Shown one piece after another: positions 23,531 through 34,200 of a stretch of 59,212 bases of DNA. The notes under the pieces were generated by a model. The model saw nothing but the letters and a program-made list of their open reading frames with translations. It was not told where the DNA came from and searched no databases. Where the stretch lies: contig JAPOYM010000106.1 of the NCBI GenBank assembly GCA_026706565.1, forward strand, positions 1 through 59,212. The letters run 5' to 3'. Positions within the stretch are counted from its first letter, which is position 1; each line of letters begins with the position of its first letter. The DNA comes from a bacterium (lineage in GTDB: Bacteria; Actinomycetota; Acidimicrobiia; Acidimicrobiales; CATQHL01). Made by a program: the position numbers and the translations under genes.

Positions 23531-24229
23531 ATGGGGCAGCATGGTGGCGTGGCGACCCGCATCCTGACCGTCGAGGACGACGAGCGGATCCGAACTTCGC
23601 TGCGGCTGGCCCTCGAGGACGAGGGGTGGGAGGTGGAGGAGTCCTCCAACGGCGAGGCGGCGCTCGGCATCTTCCGGCGGAACCCGCCCGACGTCGTGCT
23701 GATCGACATCATGCTCCCCGGCGTCGACGGCTTCGAGGTCTGCCGCTCGCTGCGGCGCATCAGCAACGTGCCCATCGTGATGGTGACCGCCCGGGAGGAC
23801 ACCCACGACATCGTGGCGGGGCTGGAGGCGGGCGCGGACGACTACCTCACCAAGCCCTTCGCCCCCAAGGAGCTCTCAGCGCGCATCCGAGCGCTGCTGC
23901 GCCGGGTGCGCACCGCCGAAGGCCCGATCAAGAACTTCATCTTCGCCGACCTCGAGGTGTTCGCCGAGGAGGGCGTCGTGCGCCGCGGCGCCGAGGAGAT
24001 CGCTCTGACCAAGACCGAGCTCCGGCTGCTCGTGGAGCTCGCGTCGAGGCCCGGACGGACGCTCAGCCGGGAGGTGCTGCTCGAGCGGATCTGGGGGTAC
24101 GGCTACTTCGGCGACAGCCGGCTGGTCGATGTCCACATCCGGCGGCTGCGCACGAAGATCGAGACCGACCCGGCCAACCCCCGCCACGTCGTCACCGTCC
24201 GCGGCGAGGGGTACAAGCTGCAGCCCTAG
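23531..24229 (+). CDS. mtrA: OmpR-family response regulator (MtrA-like)
   Basis: RILTVEDDERIRTSL, DVVLIDIMLPGVDGFEVC, ADDYLTKPF, winged helix RRLRTKIE..P..V.TVRGEGY. Confidence 0.9.
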   Translation: MGQHGGVATRILTVEDDERIRTSLRLALEDEGWEVEESSNGEAALGIFRRNPPDVVLIDIMLPGVDGFEVCRSLRRISNVPIVMVTAREDTHDIVAGLEAGADDYLTKPFAPKELSARIRALLRRVRTAEGPIKNFIFADLEVFAEEGVVRRGAEEIALTKTELRLLVELASRPGRTLSREVLLERIWGYGYFGDSRLVDVHIRRLRTKIETDPANPRHVVTVRGEGYKLQP

Positions 24230-24234
24230 CCACC

Positions 24235-25614
24235 GTGGCTGCGCGCGTCTCCCTCCGTCTCCGTGTCAGCGTCGCCTTCGGGCTCGGAGCGCTCGTGCTG
24301 GCCGCGGGGCTCTCGCTGATCACCTACGAACTGACGCGGGACAACCTGCTGACCCGGCGCGAGGACACTTCGCTGGCCCGCGTCCTGTTCAACGCCACGC
24401 AGGTGAGCCGGCTCATCGACGACGAGACGACCGAAGAGGAGTTGCGGGAACTGCTGCAGAACCTCTACACGCCCTTGGGGGCGCGGCCGGTCATCCGGTT
24501 CGGCGACCTCTGGCTGTCGGCCAACCCGGTGGAGTTCAGCGAGCCGCAGATCGACCCGCTCCTCAAGGACACCGTGGCGGGGGGCCGGGCGGCGCAGATG
24601 CGGTACGTCGTGGGCGAGACGCCTTTCGCGGTCATCGGCATCCCCTACTTCGACATCAACGCCGCCTACTACGAGGCGGCGCCGCTCGACGACATCGCCG
24701 CAACGCTCAGCTCGCTGCTGATCGCCCTCCTCACCGGCAGCGCCATAACCGTGCTGGTCGGCATCGGCATCGGCATCTGGGCCGCGCAGCGGGCGGTGCG
24801 ACCGCTGACCGACATCGGCGAGGCGGCCGAGGCCATCGCCGCGGGCGATCTCAACACGCGCCTCGAGGGCGCAGACCCCGACCTCGAGCGCCTCTCGCGC
24901 TCGTTCAACCAGATGGCCAGCGCCCTGCAGGACCGCATCGAGCGCGACGCCCGGTTCGCCTCCAACGTGAGCCACGAGCTGCGCTCGCCGCTCATGACCC
25001 TCACCGCCTCCCTGGAGGTGCTGCGCAAGCGTCAGAGCGACTTGCCGGTGCGCTCGCAGACGGCGCTCCACCTGCTCAGCGCCGACCTCGAGCACTTCAA
25101 GCAGCTCGTTGCCGACCTCCTTGAGATCTCGCGCTACGACGTCGGAGCGGCCGCCCTCGAGACGGAGGACTTCGAGATCCTCGAGTTCGTCCAGCAGGCG
25201 GCCCGCGCCTCCGGTCAGAGCCCGCTCCTGACTCATTCGGTACACGCCGCGGGCCTCGTCGTGCGCGCCGACCGACGGCGCCTCGCCCAGGTCATGGCCA
25301 ACCTCTTGGAGAACGCCCACAACCACGGGGCGGGCGCTACCCAGATCCACGTCGAGCGCCTCGAGTCCACCTTGGAGATCGCCGTGATAGACGCAGGCCC
25401 GGGCGTGCCGCACGAGGACCACGACATCATCTTCGACCGCTTCGCCCGCGGGCGGCGGCAGGGACCGGGCGCACGGGCCGGCGGCACCGGGCTCGGCCTG
25501 GCGCTCGTGTCCGAGCACGTCCGCCTGCACGGCGGCTCGATCCGCGTGACCGACCGGGGCGACGGCCAGCCGGGGGCCTGCTTCGTGGTCGCGCTGCCGC
25601 TGGACGGCCAGTGA
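24235..25614 (+). CDS. mtrB: Sensor histidine kinase (MtrB-like)
   Basis: GTG 24235, in frame with ORF 23512..25614. Two TM helices, a HAMP domain (AIAAGDLNTRLE), the H-box FASNVSHELRSPL, the N-box LLENAHNHG, and the G-box GTGLGLALV. Confidence 0.88.
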   Translation: MAARVSLRLRVSVAFGLGALVLAAGLSLITYELTRDNLLTRREDTSLARVLFNATQVSRLIDDETTEEELRELLQNLYTPLGARPVIRFGDLWLSANPVEFSEPQIDPLLKDTVAGGRAAQMRYVVGETPFAVIGIPYFDINAAYYEAAPLDDIAATLSSLLIALLTGSAITVLVGIGIGIWAAQRAVRPLTDIGEAAEAIAAGDLNTRLEGADPDLERLSRSFNQMASALQDRIERDARFASNVSHELRSPLMTLTASLEVLRKRQSDLPVRSQTALHLLSADLEHFKQLVADLLEISRYDVGAAALETEDFEILEFVQQAARASGQSPLLTHSVHAAGLVVRADRRRLAQVMANLLENAHNHGAGATQIHVERLESTLEIAVIDAGPGVPHEDHDIIFDRFARGRRQGPGARAGGTGLGLALVSEHVRLHGGSIRVTDRGDGQPGACFVVALPLDGQ

Positions 25615-26228
25615 TGCCCACCTCGGCGCGGCGGTCCGCGCTGCCGGGGCGGCGCACGATGCTCGGGGTCGTGGGCCTGTTGGCGGTCGCCGCCGCGTGC
25701 GGCGTGCCCCAGGATCCGGCGCCCCGCATCCTGGACGCCTCGGTGCTGCCGGAGGAGCTGGCCGAACCCGCCACGACCACCACCTCCACCGAGGCGCCGG
25801 TGCCGCGCCAGGCGGTGTCCCTCTACTTCGTGGACGGCGAGGGCCTCGGCGCGCCCGCCGAGCGCGATCTGGCCACGCCCGCAGGGCCCGTCGCCGCCCT
25901 CGAGGCGCTCATCGCCGGGCCGACGGAGGCGGAGGCCTCCGGAGGGCTCACCTCGGTCATTCCCGCCGAGACGGTCATACTCAGCAGCGAACTCACCAAC
26001 GGAGTGCTGCGCGTCGACCTCGCGGCAGGCGCTCTGGAGCAGATCGAAGGCGAGCTTCAGCGCTTGGCGGTCGCCCAGTTGGTCTTCACCGCCACCGAAC
26101 TGGCCGGCGTCGACTGGCTCTGGGTTCTGATCGAGGGCCAGCCCCGAGCCCTGCCGACCGACGAGGGCGACGTGGAAGCCCCGGTGGGCCGGGTCCACTA
26201 CGCCTCCCTCGGACCCGCCGGCCCGTAG
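25611..26228 (+). CDS. Lipoprotein with GerMN-like domain (short LpqB-like)
   Basis: Signal peptide plus lipobox LLAVAAAC. LYFVDGEGL...ALEALIAGP..GL.SVIP...VL.VDL resembles GerMN. ATGA overlap with mtrB, at the position LpqB occupies in mtrAB-lpqB operons, but the protein is only 205 aa. Confidence 0.65.
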   Translation: MMPTSARRSALPGRRTMLGVVGLLAVAAACGVPQDPAPRILDASVLPEELAEPATTTTSTEAPVPRQAVSLYFVDGEGLGAPAERDLATPAGPVAALEALIAGPTEAEASGGLTSVIPAETVILSSELTNGVLRVDLAAGALEQIEGELQRLAVAQLVFTATELAGVDWLWVLIEGQPRALPTDEGDVEAPVGRVHYASLGPAGP

Positions 26229-26237
26229 CAGTCCCGG

Positions 26238-27269
26238 CTACGACAGGCAGGCCTGCGCCACCTCCCAGAGGTCGCCGGGGATGGGCTTCAGGGCGGCTGT
26301 GGCCTCGGCGAGGCGCACCAGCCCGATGCGCCCCTCAGCCACGGACACCATCTGCCCGAACGCGCCCTCGTGGGCGGCGTCGGTGGCCGCCACCCCGAAG
26401 GAGGTACACAGCACGCGGTCGAAGGCGGTCGGCGTGCCGCCCCGCTGGACGTGGCCCAGCACCGTCACCCGGGTCTCGAGGCCGGTCCGGGCTTCGACTT
26501 CGGCCGCGACGATGGCGCCGATGCCGCCGAGGCGGGCGTGCCCGTACTCGTCGATGCCCGGCGCCGGGACGTCCAGCGTGCCAGCGACCGGGCGGGCACC
26601 CTCGGCCACGACGACGACTGAGGACTGGGTGCCGCCCTCGTGCAGCCTCTGGAGATCCGCGCTGACGGCGCCGATGTCGAAGGGCCTCTCGGGGACCAGG
26701 ATGGCCGCCGCCCCGCCTGCGATGCCCGCCCAGAGCGCCACATGCCCGGCGTGGCGCCCCATGACCTCGACGACCATGACACGGTTGTGGGACTCGGCGG
26801 TCGTGTGGAGACGGTCGATGGCGTCGGTGGCGGTCTGCACCGCCGTCTCGAAGCCGAAGGTGAGCTGGGTCCCGCCCACGTCGTTGTCGATGGTCTTGGG
26901 CACCCCCACCAGAGCCACGCCGTGCTCGCCGTGCAGCCTGCTGGCGACGCTCAGCGTGCCCTCACCGCCCACCACGATCAGAGCCTCCACGCCGCGGCGC
27001 GCCAACACTTCGACCGCCCGGGCGGGACCGTCGTCGGTCATGTAGGGGTGGACCCGCGAGGTGCCGAGGATCGTCCCGCCCCGAGACAGGATCTTCGAGG
27101 CCCGGTCGGGGGCGATGACGAAGCACTCGTCCCCGACGACGCCGCGCCAGCCGTCGCGGAAACCCACCACCTCGTCTCCCCAGCGCCGAGCGCCGTGCAG
27201 CACCACGGCGCGGATCACCGCGTTCAGCCCCGGACAGTCCCCCCCGCCGGTCAGGATGCCCAGACGCAT
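26238..27269 (-). CDS. pfkA: 6-phosphofructokinase
   Basis: MRLGILTGGGDCPGLNAVIRAVV, VVGGEGTL, PKTIDNDV, MGRHAGHVA. Confidence 0.93.
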   Translation of the reverse strand: MRLGILTGGGDCPGLNAVIRAVVLHGARRWGDEVVGFRDGWRGVVGDECFVIAPDRASKILSRGGTILGTSRVHPYMTDDGPARAVEVLARRGVEALIVVGGEGTLSVASRLHGEHGVALVGVPKTIDNDVGGTQLTFGFETAVQTATDAIDRLHTTAESHNRVMVVEVMGRHAGHVALWAGIAGGAAAILVPERPFDIGAVSADLQRLHEGGTQSSVVVVAEGARPVAGTLDVPAPGIDEYGHARLGGIGAIVAAEVEARTGLETRVTVLGHVQRGGTPTAFDRVLCTSFGVAATDAAHEGAFGQMVSVAEGRIGLVRLAEATAALKPIPGDLWEVAQACLS

Positions 27270-27276
27270 CTCGGGC

Positions 27277-28452
27277 TCAGGCCAGCGCCGGCATCGCCTT
27301 GCGCAGGTTGCGGACCGCCTGGCCGATGCGCTGCTCGTTCTCGATGAGGGCGAAGCGGACGTGCCCCTCGCCCCCGGGGCCGAACCCGCCGCCCGGCGAG
27401 GTGGCCACGCCCGCCTCGGTGACCAGGAAGGAGGCGAAGCGCACCGAGTCCATGTGGCGGTAAGGCTCGGGGATGGGCGCCCACACGAACATGGTGCCCT
27501 TGGGCGGGGTGACGTGCCAGCCGATGCGCGCCAAGCCCTCGCAGAGGCTGTCGCGGCGGCTCTGGTAGGTGTCGTTCACCAGCTTCGGGTAGTCGGCCGC
27601 ATCGTTGAGCGTCACGGTGGCGGCGATCTGGATGGGCTGGAAGGTGCCGTAGTCCAAGTACGACTTGAGCTTGGCGAGCGCGGCGGTGGCTTCGGCGTTG
27701 CCCACCATGAAAGCCACCCGCCAGCCCGCCATCGAGAAGGACTTCGTGAGGGAGTAGAACTCCACCGCCACGTCGAGGGCGCCGTCGGCCTGCAGGATGG
27801 AGGGCGGCCGGTAGCCGTCGAAGGCGATGTCGGCGTAGGCGAAGTCGTGGACGACGAGCACCTCGTGCTCTCGGGCGAAGTCCACGACGCGCTGCATGAA
27901 GTCCAAGTCCACGCAAGCAGTGGTCGGATTGTGCGGGAACGACAGGAGGATGACCCGCGGCTTGGGCCAGGAGTACTCCCAGCGCTGGCGGAGGACTTCG
28001 TCGAGGTCGTCGCCCGTCGCTAGGGGGATGTGGCGGATCTCCGCGCCGGCGAACAGCGGCGCGTAGAGGTGGATGGGGTAGGAGGGCGCCGGCACCAGCA
28101 CTGCGTCGCCCGGCTGCAGCAGCACCCACATCAGGTGCGAGAGGCCCTCCTTGGCGCCGATGGTGTTGACGACCTGCGTCTCGGGGTCGAGCTCGACGCC
28201 GAAGCGGCGGAGGTAGAGGTCCGAGACGGCGCTGCGGAGCTTGGGGATGCCCCGGCTGAGCGAGTAGCGGTGGTTGCGCGGGTTGCGGACGGCCTCGGCC
28301 AGCTTCTCCACGGCGATGTCGGGCGAGGGGATGTCGGGGTTGCCGAAGCCGAGGTCGATGATGTCCTCGCCGCGGCGGCGGCCCTCCACCTTCAGGCGGT
28401 CGATCACCGAGAACACGTACGGCGGGAGGTTGGTTATGCGTCGGAACTCCAT
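27277..28452 (-). CDS. Class I/II PLP-dependent aminotransferase (alanine/aspartate type)
   Basis: 391 aa. LPPYVFSVIDRLK, IDLGFGNPD, YSLTKSFSMAGWRV (PLP-lysine motif). Confidence 0.88.
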   Translation of the reverse strand: MEFRRITNLPPYVFSVIDRLKVEGRRRGEDIIDLGFGNPDIPSPDIAVEKLAEAVRNPRNHRYSLSRGIPKLRSAVSDLYLRRFGVELDPETQVVNTIGAKEGLSHLMWVLLQPGDAVLVPAPSYPIHLYAPLFAGAEIRHIPLATGDDLDEVLRQRWEYSWPKPRVILLSFPHNPTTACVDLDFMQRVVDFAREHEVLVVHDFAYADIAFDGYRPPSILQADGALDVAVEFYSLTKSFSMAGWRVAFMVGNAEATAALAKLKSYLDYGTFQPIQIAATVTLNDAADYPKLVNDTYQSRRDSLCEGLARIGWHVTPPKGTMFVWAPIPEPYRHMDSVRFASFLVTEAGVATSPGGGFGPGGEGHVRFALIENEQRIGQAVRNLRKAMPALA

Positions 28453-28463
28453 CGTCTCCGAGG

Positions 28464-29450
28464 CTAGCGAGCGCGCACCGGGGGACCGTGCAACTCCGCA
28501 GACCCCAGGCGGTCCAGCGCCAGATGGGCTGCGCCGATGACGCCGGCCCGGTCGCCGTGGCGGGCTCGGCGGAGCTCCACGGCGGGTCGCCTCTGCTGTT
28601 CTGCGAATACCTTCGACAGGGCGTCGCGCACCGGCGCCACGAACACCTCGCCCAACTCAGACATGCCCCCGCCCAGCACGATCACCTCCGGGGAGGTCAT
28701 CAGGATGAGGTTGTTCAGGCCGAGCGCCGCCCACGAGGCGAACTCAGCCAGCAACCGCCGCGCCACCGGGTCGCCGGCGGTCGCCAGCTCACCGACGTGC
28801 TCGCCCCGGAGGGCCTCGATGCGGCCCGCTGCCCTGTCCCGCAGCGCCGGCGCCTTGCCCGCCGCGGCTGCCTCGCGGGCGGCCCTCCCGAGCGCCTCGC
28901 CCGAGGCGAGCTGCTCCCAGCAGCCCCGGCGGCCGCACAGGCACTCGGGCCCGTCCGGGGCGACGATCATGTGCCCGGCCTCGCCCGCCAGCCCGTGCGC
29001 GCCGCGCCGGATCTCGCCGTCGAGCAGCAGCGCCGCCCCGATGCCGGTCCCGAAGGTCACGAGCAGGGCGTCGCTCACGTCGCTGGCGGCGCCGCCCTCC
29101 ATCTCGCCGCGGAGCGCTGCCGCGGCGTCGTTGTCCACCGCCACCGGGCGGCGGAGGCGGCCGGCCAGCATCGAGCGGAGCGGGAAGTCGGAGATTGCGG
29201 GGATGTTGGGCGAGGTGGCCACGACGCCGGAGCGGTCAACTAGCCCGGCGCACCCTACGCCCACGGCGGCCACCGGGCGGGCCGACTCCTCCTCCATCTC
29301 GGCGAGCATGGCGCAGATCGCATCGACGATGCCGCCCATGGTGTCGGGCCTGTCGCGGCGGCGGGCCGCGGCGCAGGCGGCGCCGTCGCCGAGCACTTCG
29401 GCCCGGATGTTGGTCCCGCCGACGTCGAAGCCGGCGCGGCTCGGGGTCAC
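28464..29450 (-). CDS. ROK-family glucokinase
   Basis: GFDVGGTNIR, GTGIGAALLLDGE, GEAGHM, CLCGRRGCWEQLASG (ROK zinc motif). Confidence 0.85.
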   Translation of the reverse strand: MTPSRAGFDVGGTNIRAEVLGDGAACAAARRRDRPDTMGGIVDAICAMLAEMEEESARPVAAVGVGCAGLVDRSGVVATSPNIPAISDFPLRSMLAGRLRRPVAVDNDAAAALRGEMEGGAASDVSDALLVTFGTGIGAALLLDGEIRRGAHGLAGEAGHMIVAPDGPECLCGRRGCWEQLASGEALGRAAREAAAAGKAPALRDRAAGRIEALRGEHVGELATAGDPVARRLLAEFASWAALGLNNLILMTSPEVIVLGGGMSELGEVFVAPVRDALSKVFAEQQRRPAVELRRARHGDRAGVIGAAHLALDRLGSAELHGPPVRAR

Positions 29451-29489
29451 GGCGACTCCGCCGGCTGACTCGGGACGGTGCCGCGGGGC

Positions 29490-29963
29490 TCAGCCGCGCC
29501 GCTGCGCCCGCTCGGCACTGACCGACTCGATGCGGCGGCGAAGCTGGTCCAGTGCCGTCTGCATGATGCGGGACTCGGCACGACGCTTCACGAAGCCGGG
29601 CATCGCCACGGTCAGCTCGGCCAAGAGGGAGTAGGTGATGAGCGTCTTGGCCTCGTCGTCGGCGGAGGGCGCCAGCTCGTACTCGCCGTCGAGGCAGCGG
29701 AGCTGATCGCCCTCGGTCAGCCGCCACGCCACCCGCAGGGGGTTGGTGCCGTAGAAGTACTTGAGCGTGTAGTTCACACTGCGGCCCATGGCCGCGGCAC
29801 GGAAGGCCACGAGGCCGCCTGCGCCGCTGTCGTCCCGCCGCAGGACGCGGGCCTCCTTGACGTCCGCCGCCCACTGCGGGTACCGCTCGAAGTCCACGAT
29901 GACGTCGAAGCAGTCCGCCGGCGAGGCGTTCACCAGCAGCTGGCGCGTCGAGAACTCAACCAT
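29490..29963 (-). CDS. SRPBCC (polyketide cyclase/dehydrase, START-like) family protein
   Basis: From ATG 29963: MVEFSTRQLLVNASPADCFDVIVDFERYPQWAADVKE is typical of the SRPBCC fold. The ORF track starts at 30059. Confidence 0.7.
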   Translation of the reverse strand: MVEFSTRQLLVNASPADCFDVIVDFERYPQWAADVKEARVLRRDDSGAGGLVAFRAAAMGRSVNYTLKYFYGTNPLRVAWRLTEGDQLRCLDGEYELAPSADDEAKTLITYSLLAELTVAMPGFVKRRAESRIMQTALDQLRRRIESVSAERAQRRG

Positions 29964-30085
29964 CCCGCCTCCGCCGCCTGCCCGGGGGCCGGCCGGCGAC
30001 AGTGCCGAAGCCGCCGCCCCAGCGAGCGGTCGCGCCCAAGTTGTACACGCAGGCAACAATACCGAACGCGAGCGCGCCGGGGGCC

Positions 30086-31249
30086 TCAGCTCAAGGCGCG
30101 GCGCAAGTCCGCGGCCAAGCGGTCGTAGCCGAACCGCTCGACGGCGCGCCGGCGCGCCGCGGCTCCCAGGCGGCGGCGGCGCTCGGGATCGTCGAGCAGC
30201 GAGGCCAGAGCCTCAGCCACCGCCGCCGCATCGCCCGGTTCGGCCACAACGAGCCCGCCGACCCCGTCCTCGACGGCCTCGGCCGCTCCCCCGCTGGCGC
30301 CGGCCACCTGCGCCACCCCCGCCGCTGCCGCCTCCAAGAAGACGATCCCGAACCCCTCCTGCTCGAGGCCGAACCAGCGTCTGCGGCACAGCATGGCGAA
30401 CAGGTCCGCGGCGCCGTACAGGTCGGCCAGATCCCCCTCGGCGACCCGCCCGAGCAGGCGCGCCGGCGCGCCGGTGCGGCGCACGAGCCTCGCCAGCCTG
30501 CCGCTGTCGCGCCCGGTGCCGGCGATGAGCAGGCGAATCGAGGGCCGACCCGGCGCCAGTCGGGCCACCGCCTCGATCAGGCGGTCCATGCCTTTGCGCG
30601 GCACCAGCCGGCTGACGCTCAAGACCAGGGCCTCCTCTTCGCTCACGCCGAGGCGGCGGCGCGCCGCCCGCCGGCGCTCATCGGAGAGGGGCGCGAAGCG
30701 GTCGACGTCGACCCCCGGCGGCACGTAGTGCTCCGCCGCCATGTCGGGGCACAGCCGCCGCGCCTCTGAGGCTGCGTACCGGCTGGCGGATATCACGACC
30801 TCGGCGCCCCCCAGGGTGCGCCGCAGCAGCGCGGCGGCGACCGGCAGCCGCGCCGGCACGGTCACCTCGGCGCCGTGCAACACCACCCCGTAGGGCACTC
30901 CCAGGCGGGGCCCTAGGGCGCCCACGGGCACCGCCGGGTCGAAGACGACCAACTCGGCGCCGCTTCGGGCCAGCAGCCCGCGGACCTCGGCCAGCACCGA
31001 CGGCACCGGCAGCAGGAACCGCGCCCGGCTGCGCACGATGGGGTACGCCTCACCGGCATCGAACGCGTCCGAGCCGGGGTGCGGGCGCGTCAGCACGCAG
31101 AACCGGTCGGGCGACAGGCGCCGCCACAGCTCCCAGAGGTAGTTCTGGATGCCGCCCAGCTTCGGCGGGTAGTCGTTGGTTACCAGCAGGTGGCGGCGGA
31201 CCTGCGCCTCGCCGGGGCCGCCGAGCCCTTCGAGGCGTCCGGCTGTCAC
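30086..31249 (-). CDS. GT4-family glycosyltransferase (PimB-like mannosyltransferase)
   Basis: LLVTNDYPPKLGGIQNYLWEL at the N-terminus, and the C-terminal EGFGIVFLEAAAAGV (E-x7-E type) motif. Confidence 0.85.
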   Translation of the reverse strand: MTAGRLEGLGGPGEAQVRRHLLVTNDYPPKLGGIQNYLWELWRRLSPDRFCVLTRPHPGSDAFDAGEAYPIVRSRARFLLPVPSVLAEVRGLLARSGAELVVFDPAVPVGALGPRLGVPYGVVLHGAEVTVPARLPVAAALLRRTLGGAEVVISASRYAASEARRLCPDMAAEHYVPPGVDVDRFAPLSDERRRAARRRLGVSEEEALVLSVSRLVPRKGMDRLIEAVARLAPGRPSIRLLIAGTGRDSGRLARLVRRTGAPARLLGRVAEGDLADLYGAADLFAMLCRRRWFGLEQEGFGIVFLEAAAAGVAQVAGASGGAAEAVEDGVGGLVVAEPGDAAAVAEALASLLDDPERRRRLGAAARRRAVERFGYDRLAADLRRALS

Positions 31250-31274
31250 CCTCCGAGCGTAGGCGCCTGTGCCC

Positions 31275-34200
31275 TCAGGCGACGAGCCGGGAGGCCCCCG
31301 CCGGGGGCGTCAGACCGAGCCGGACCCGGCGCTGCTGCTCGTAGAGGCCGAGCGCTAGGAGGGGGAAGTACTGCCGGTACAGGACGTAGTCCAACACCGC
31401 CGTGCGGAAGAACACCCCGGCCCCGTCCTGTTCGGGCCATTGCCCGTCGGCGCGCTGGGCCTCCAGCAGGAACCGGGCGCCCCGCGCTATCGCCGCCCAG
31501 TCCCCCTCGCCCGCTTCGAGGAGGGCGAGCATCGCCCAAGAAGTCTGAGTCGCATGACTCTCGCTGTGCTCGACGTAGCGGCCCTTCAGGCAGCCGCTGT
31601 GGTGCTCGCCCCACCCCCCGTCGGACCGCTGGCGGTCCAGCAGCCAGCGGCACGCCCGCCGCAGCGCCGGGTCGCCCGGGCGGGCGCCGGCGGCGAGCAG
31701 GCCCCTGACCCCGAAGTAGGTGCCGTAGATGAACTGCACGCCCCATGCGCCGCGCCACGACCCGTCGCGCCCCTGAGTCCGGCGCAGCCAGGCCTCCGCC
31801 CGTGAGGCTGCCCGCAGCGCCTGCGGTTCGGCTAGCTCCGGGACGTGTTCCCGGCAGGCGCACAGCGCCGCTAGGCACGACGCCGTGCATTCCACATGGG
31901 AGCGCTCTGTCATCGACTCGCCGAACATCTCCGCCGGGTTCAGCCACTCGAGGCCGACCGTTGAGCGCCGCGCCTCGTAGCTGCCGAAACCGCCGTCGCG
32001 GTTCTGGCCGCGCAGCATGAAACGGGCCGCAGCGCCGAGCGCCGCCGCGCTGGCCTCACCGTCGGCGGCGAGCAGTCCGAGCACCGCCTCAGCGGTGCAG
32101 TCGGTCACCGGCCAGCCGTGCCGCCTCCCGCTGAAGCACCAGCCGCCTTCGGGGTCGCTCCGGTACGCCTCTGCGAACCCGTCGACGCCCGCCTCGATCT
32201 GTTCCCGGCGCACGAACTCACCGCCGCGCCGCAGCGCGTCCGCCACGCCGTCGAGCTCGGGCACTGTCGCTAGGGCCTGCAGCGAGAACGCGGTGTCCCA
32301 AAGGGCGCTCCTCGCTCCGGCGAGGCGCGCTCCCCCCTCGACGTCCTCCCAGATCCAGACCTCCAGCCGCGCCAGGGCGCCCCGGCAGTCGGCGTCGTCG
32401 GGGTCGCGCAGCCACAGGGCGAGGATGTTGAGCAGGCCGCTGACCGGAGAGATGCTCATGCAGTCGGTGGTCCGCAGCTCCCAGCGGATGCGGCGGAGGA
32501 TCTCCTCGGTGCAGCGGGCGCGCCGCGCCTTGCCCGCGAACCGTTCGTAAAGCCGCGCCGACCCGTAGCCGGCGCGGAGCCACACACCGGGCCGGGCGAA
32601 GAGGTCGGCGCGGCGCAGACGGTTGCGGCCCGAAGCGAAATCCACCTCGGCGAACCCCTGCGGGAACAACTCCCCCCGTATGGCGGCGACCGCGGGCGTG
32701 ACGGGGGCCCGGTGCCCGAGCGGGTGGATCACCGCCATCGCCATGTAGATGAGCCGGGTGTGGCAGTACCACTTCGACGGGTGCAGCGGCGTCCAGCGCG
32801 GCAGGCACCACAGTTCGGGCAGGACGGGGTTTACCCCGCGCCAGTCGTAGAGGCCGACCAGCGCCAGCCAGAACTTCCCCCAACTCGGGATGCCCAGCAC
32901 CCCCTCTGATCGCAGGAACCGCCCCGCCGGCTCGATGAGCGGGTCGTCCGGCTCGACGCCGAGCAGTCTGGCCGCCACATAGACCAAGGCGGTGACGAAC
33001 AGGCTGGGCGCTGCGTGCGCGTGCAGCCCCCACGAGCCCCCTTCGAGGCGCGACCGCTCGAAGTAACCCAACACGCCGCTGCGCCGGCTGCTAGCGAGCG
33101 GCCGTCCCAAGATGTGGTGCAGCAGCACGTACTGCGCGGTCAGCAGGGGGCACCACACCACTTCGCCCTCCCAGGCCCCGTCTGGGCCTTGGAGGCTCAG
33201 CAGGCGCCTGCTGGCGCTGCTCAGCGCCGGGCCGGCATCGGGCGGCGGCGGCGCCTCGGGGAGGCTGGGACGGAGGTCATCGACTCCCGACGGCATAGAG
33301 ACCAGGAAGGCGCGCGCCAGACTCTCGCGGGCCCGCTCGTCCTTGCGTCCCCCGGCGTTGCGCGCCTTGCGGAGTTGGCGAACCCCGCGGAGAACCCACC
33401 CGAGCCGAACCGCCAGCGCACGGACGATGTCGCGGGTGCGACGCCAGGCGGCCCGCTCGCAGGACCTCGGGATCTCCCCGACGACCGCCCGGGCCCCCAT
33501 GGCGCCGCACGCCAGGCCCAGGCTGGTTATCGAGGTGTCCTCGCAGGCGAGCAGGCCGACGGTGCGGTCGCGCACCGCGGGACTCTCCCGCCAGCGACGG
33601 TAGATCGCCTGCCGCAGCGCCACCGACTCGACCCGATGATCCGCGAAGATCTCATACAGCCCCATGGCGAGCAGCTCCGGGGCGCGGGTGGCCCGGAAAC
33701 GCCTGTCAGTGAAGTCGCGGAAGTTCGTTCCTTCTGCCAAGCTCAGCGCGTCGCCGAAACCGAGGGTCATCCCCACCGCCGTCAGCGGGTGGTAATGCCC
33801 GGCCGCGTCTCCGATCAGGACCCGCCGCGGGCTCCCGTAGGTGGCGCGGGGCCTCAGCGCGTTGGCCGCGCCGAGGAACCTCCGCTCTCGCAGCGCTTCG
33901 AGGAACGCCGGCCGGAGCGCTTCGGGCAACCAGCCAGCGTAGGAGTCCGACATTGCGGCTACGAGGTCCTGAGACGAGAACCCCAAGGGGACGTCGACGA
34001 TGACCCGGACGGTCTGCTCGCCCAACCGGTACAGGAGCATCGGACCCGGCCCGCCGCAGACCATGTGCCCGTATCCCTCCAGCGGCAACCCCACCCCGCT
34101 CAGGGTGATCCCCATCATCCGCGAGCAGTTCCGCGGGCTCGTCCACAGCCCCAACGATCGGCGCACGATCGAGGCCCGGCCGTCCGCGCCGACGATCAGC

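Noticed and set aside
23512-25614. 700-aa ORF suggesting a fused regulator-kinase
   Set aside because: The first 241 codons are an off-frame read across mtrA. The real kinase begins at GTG 24235, just after the mtrA stop.
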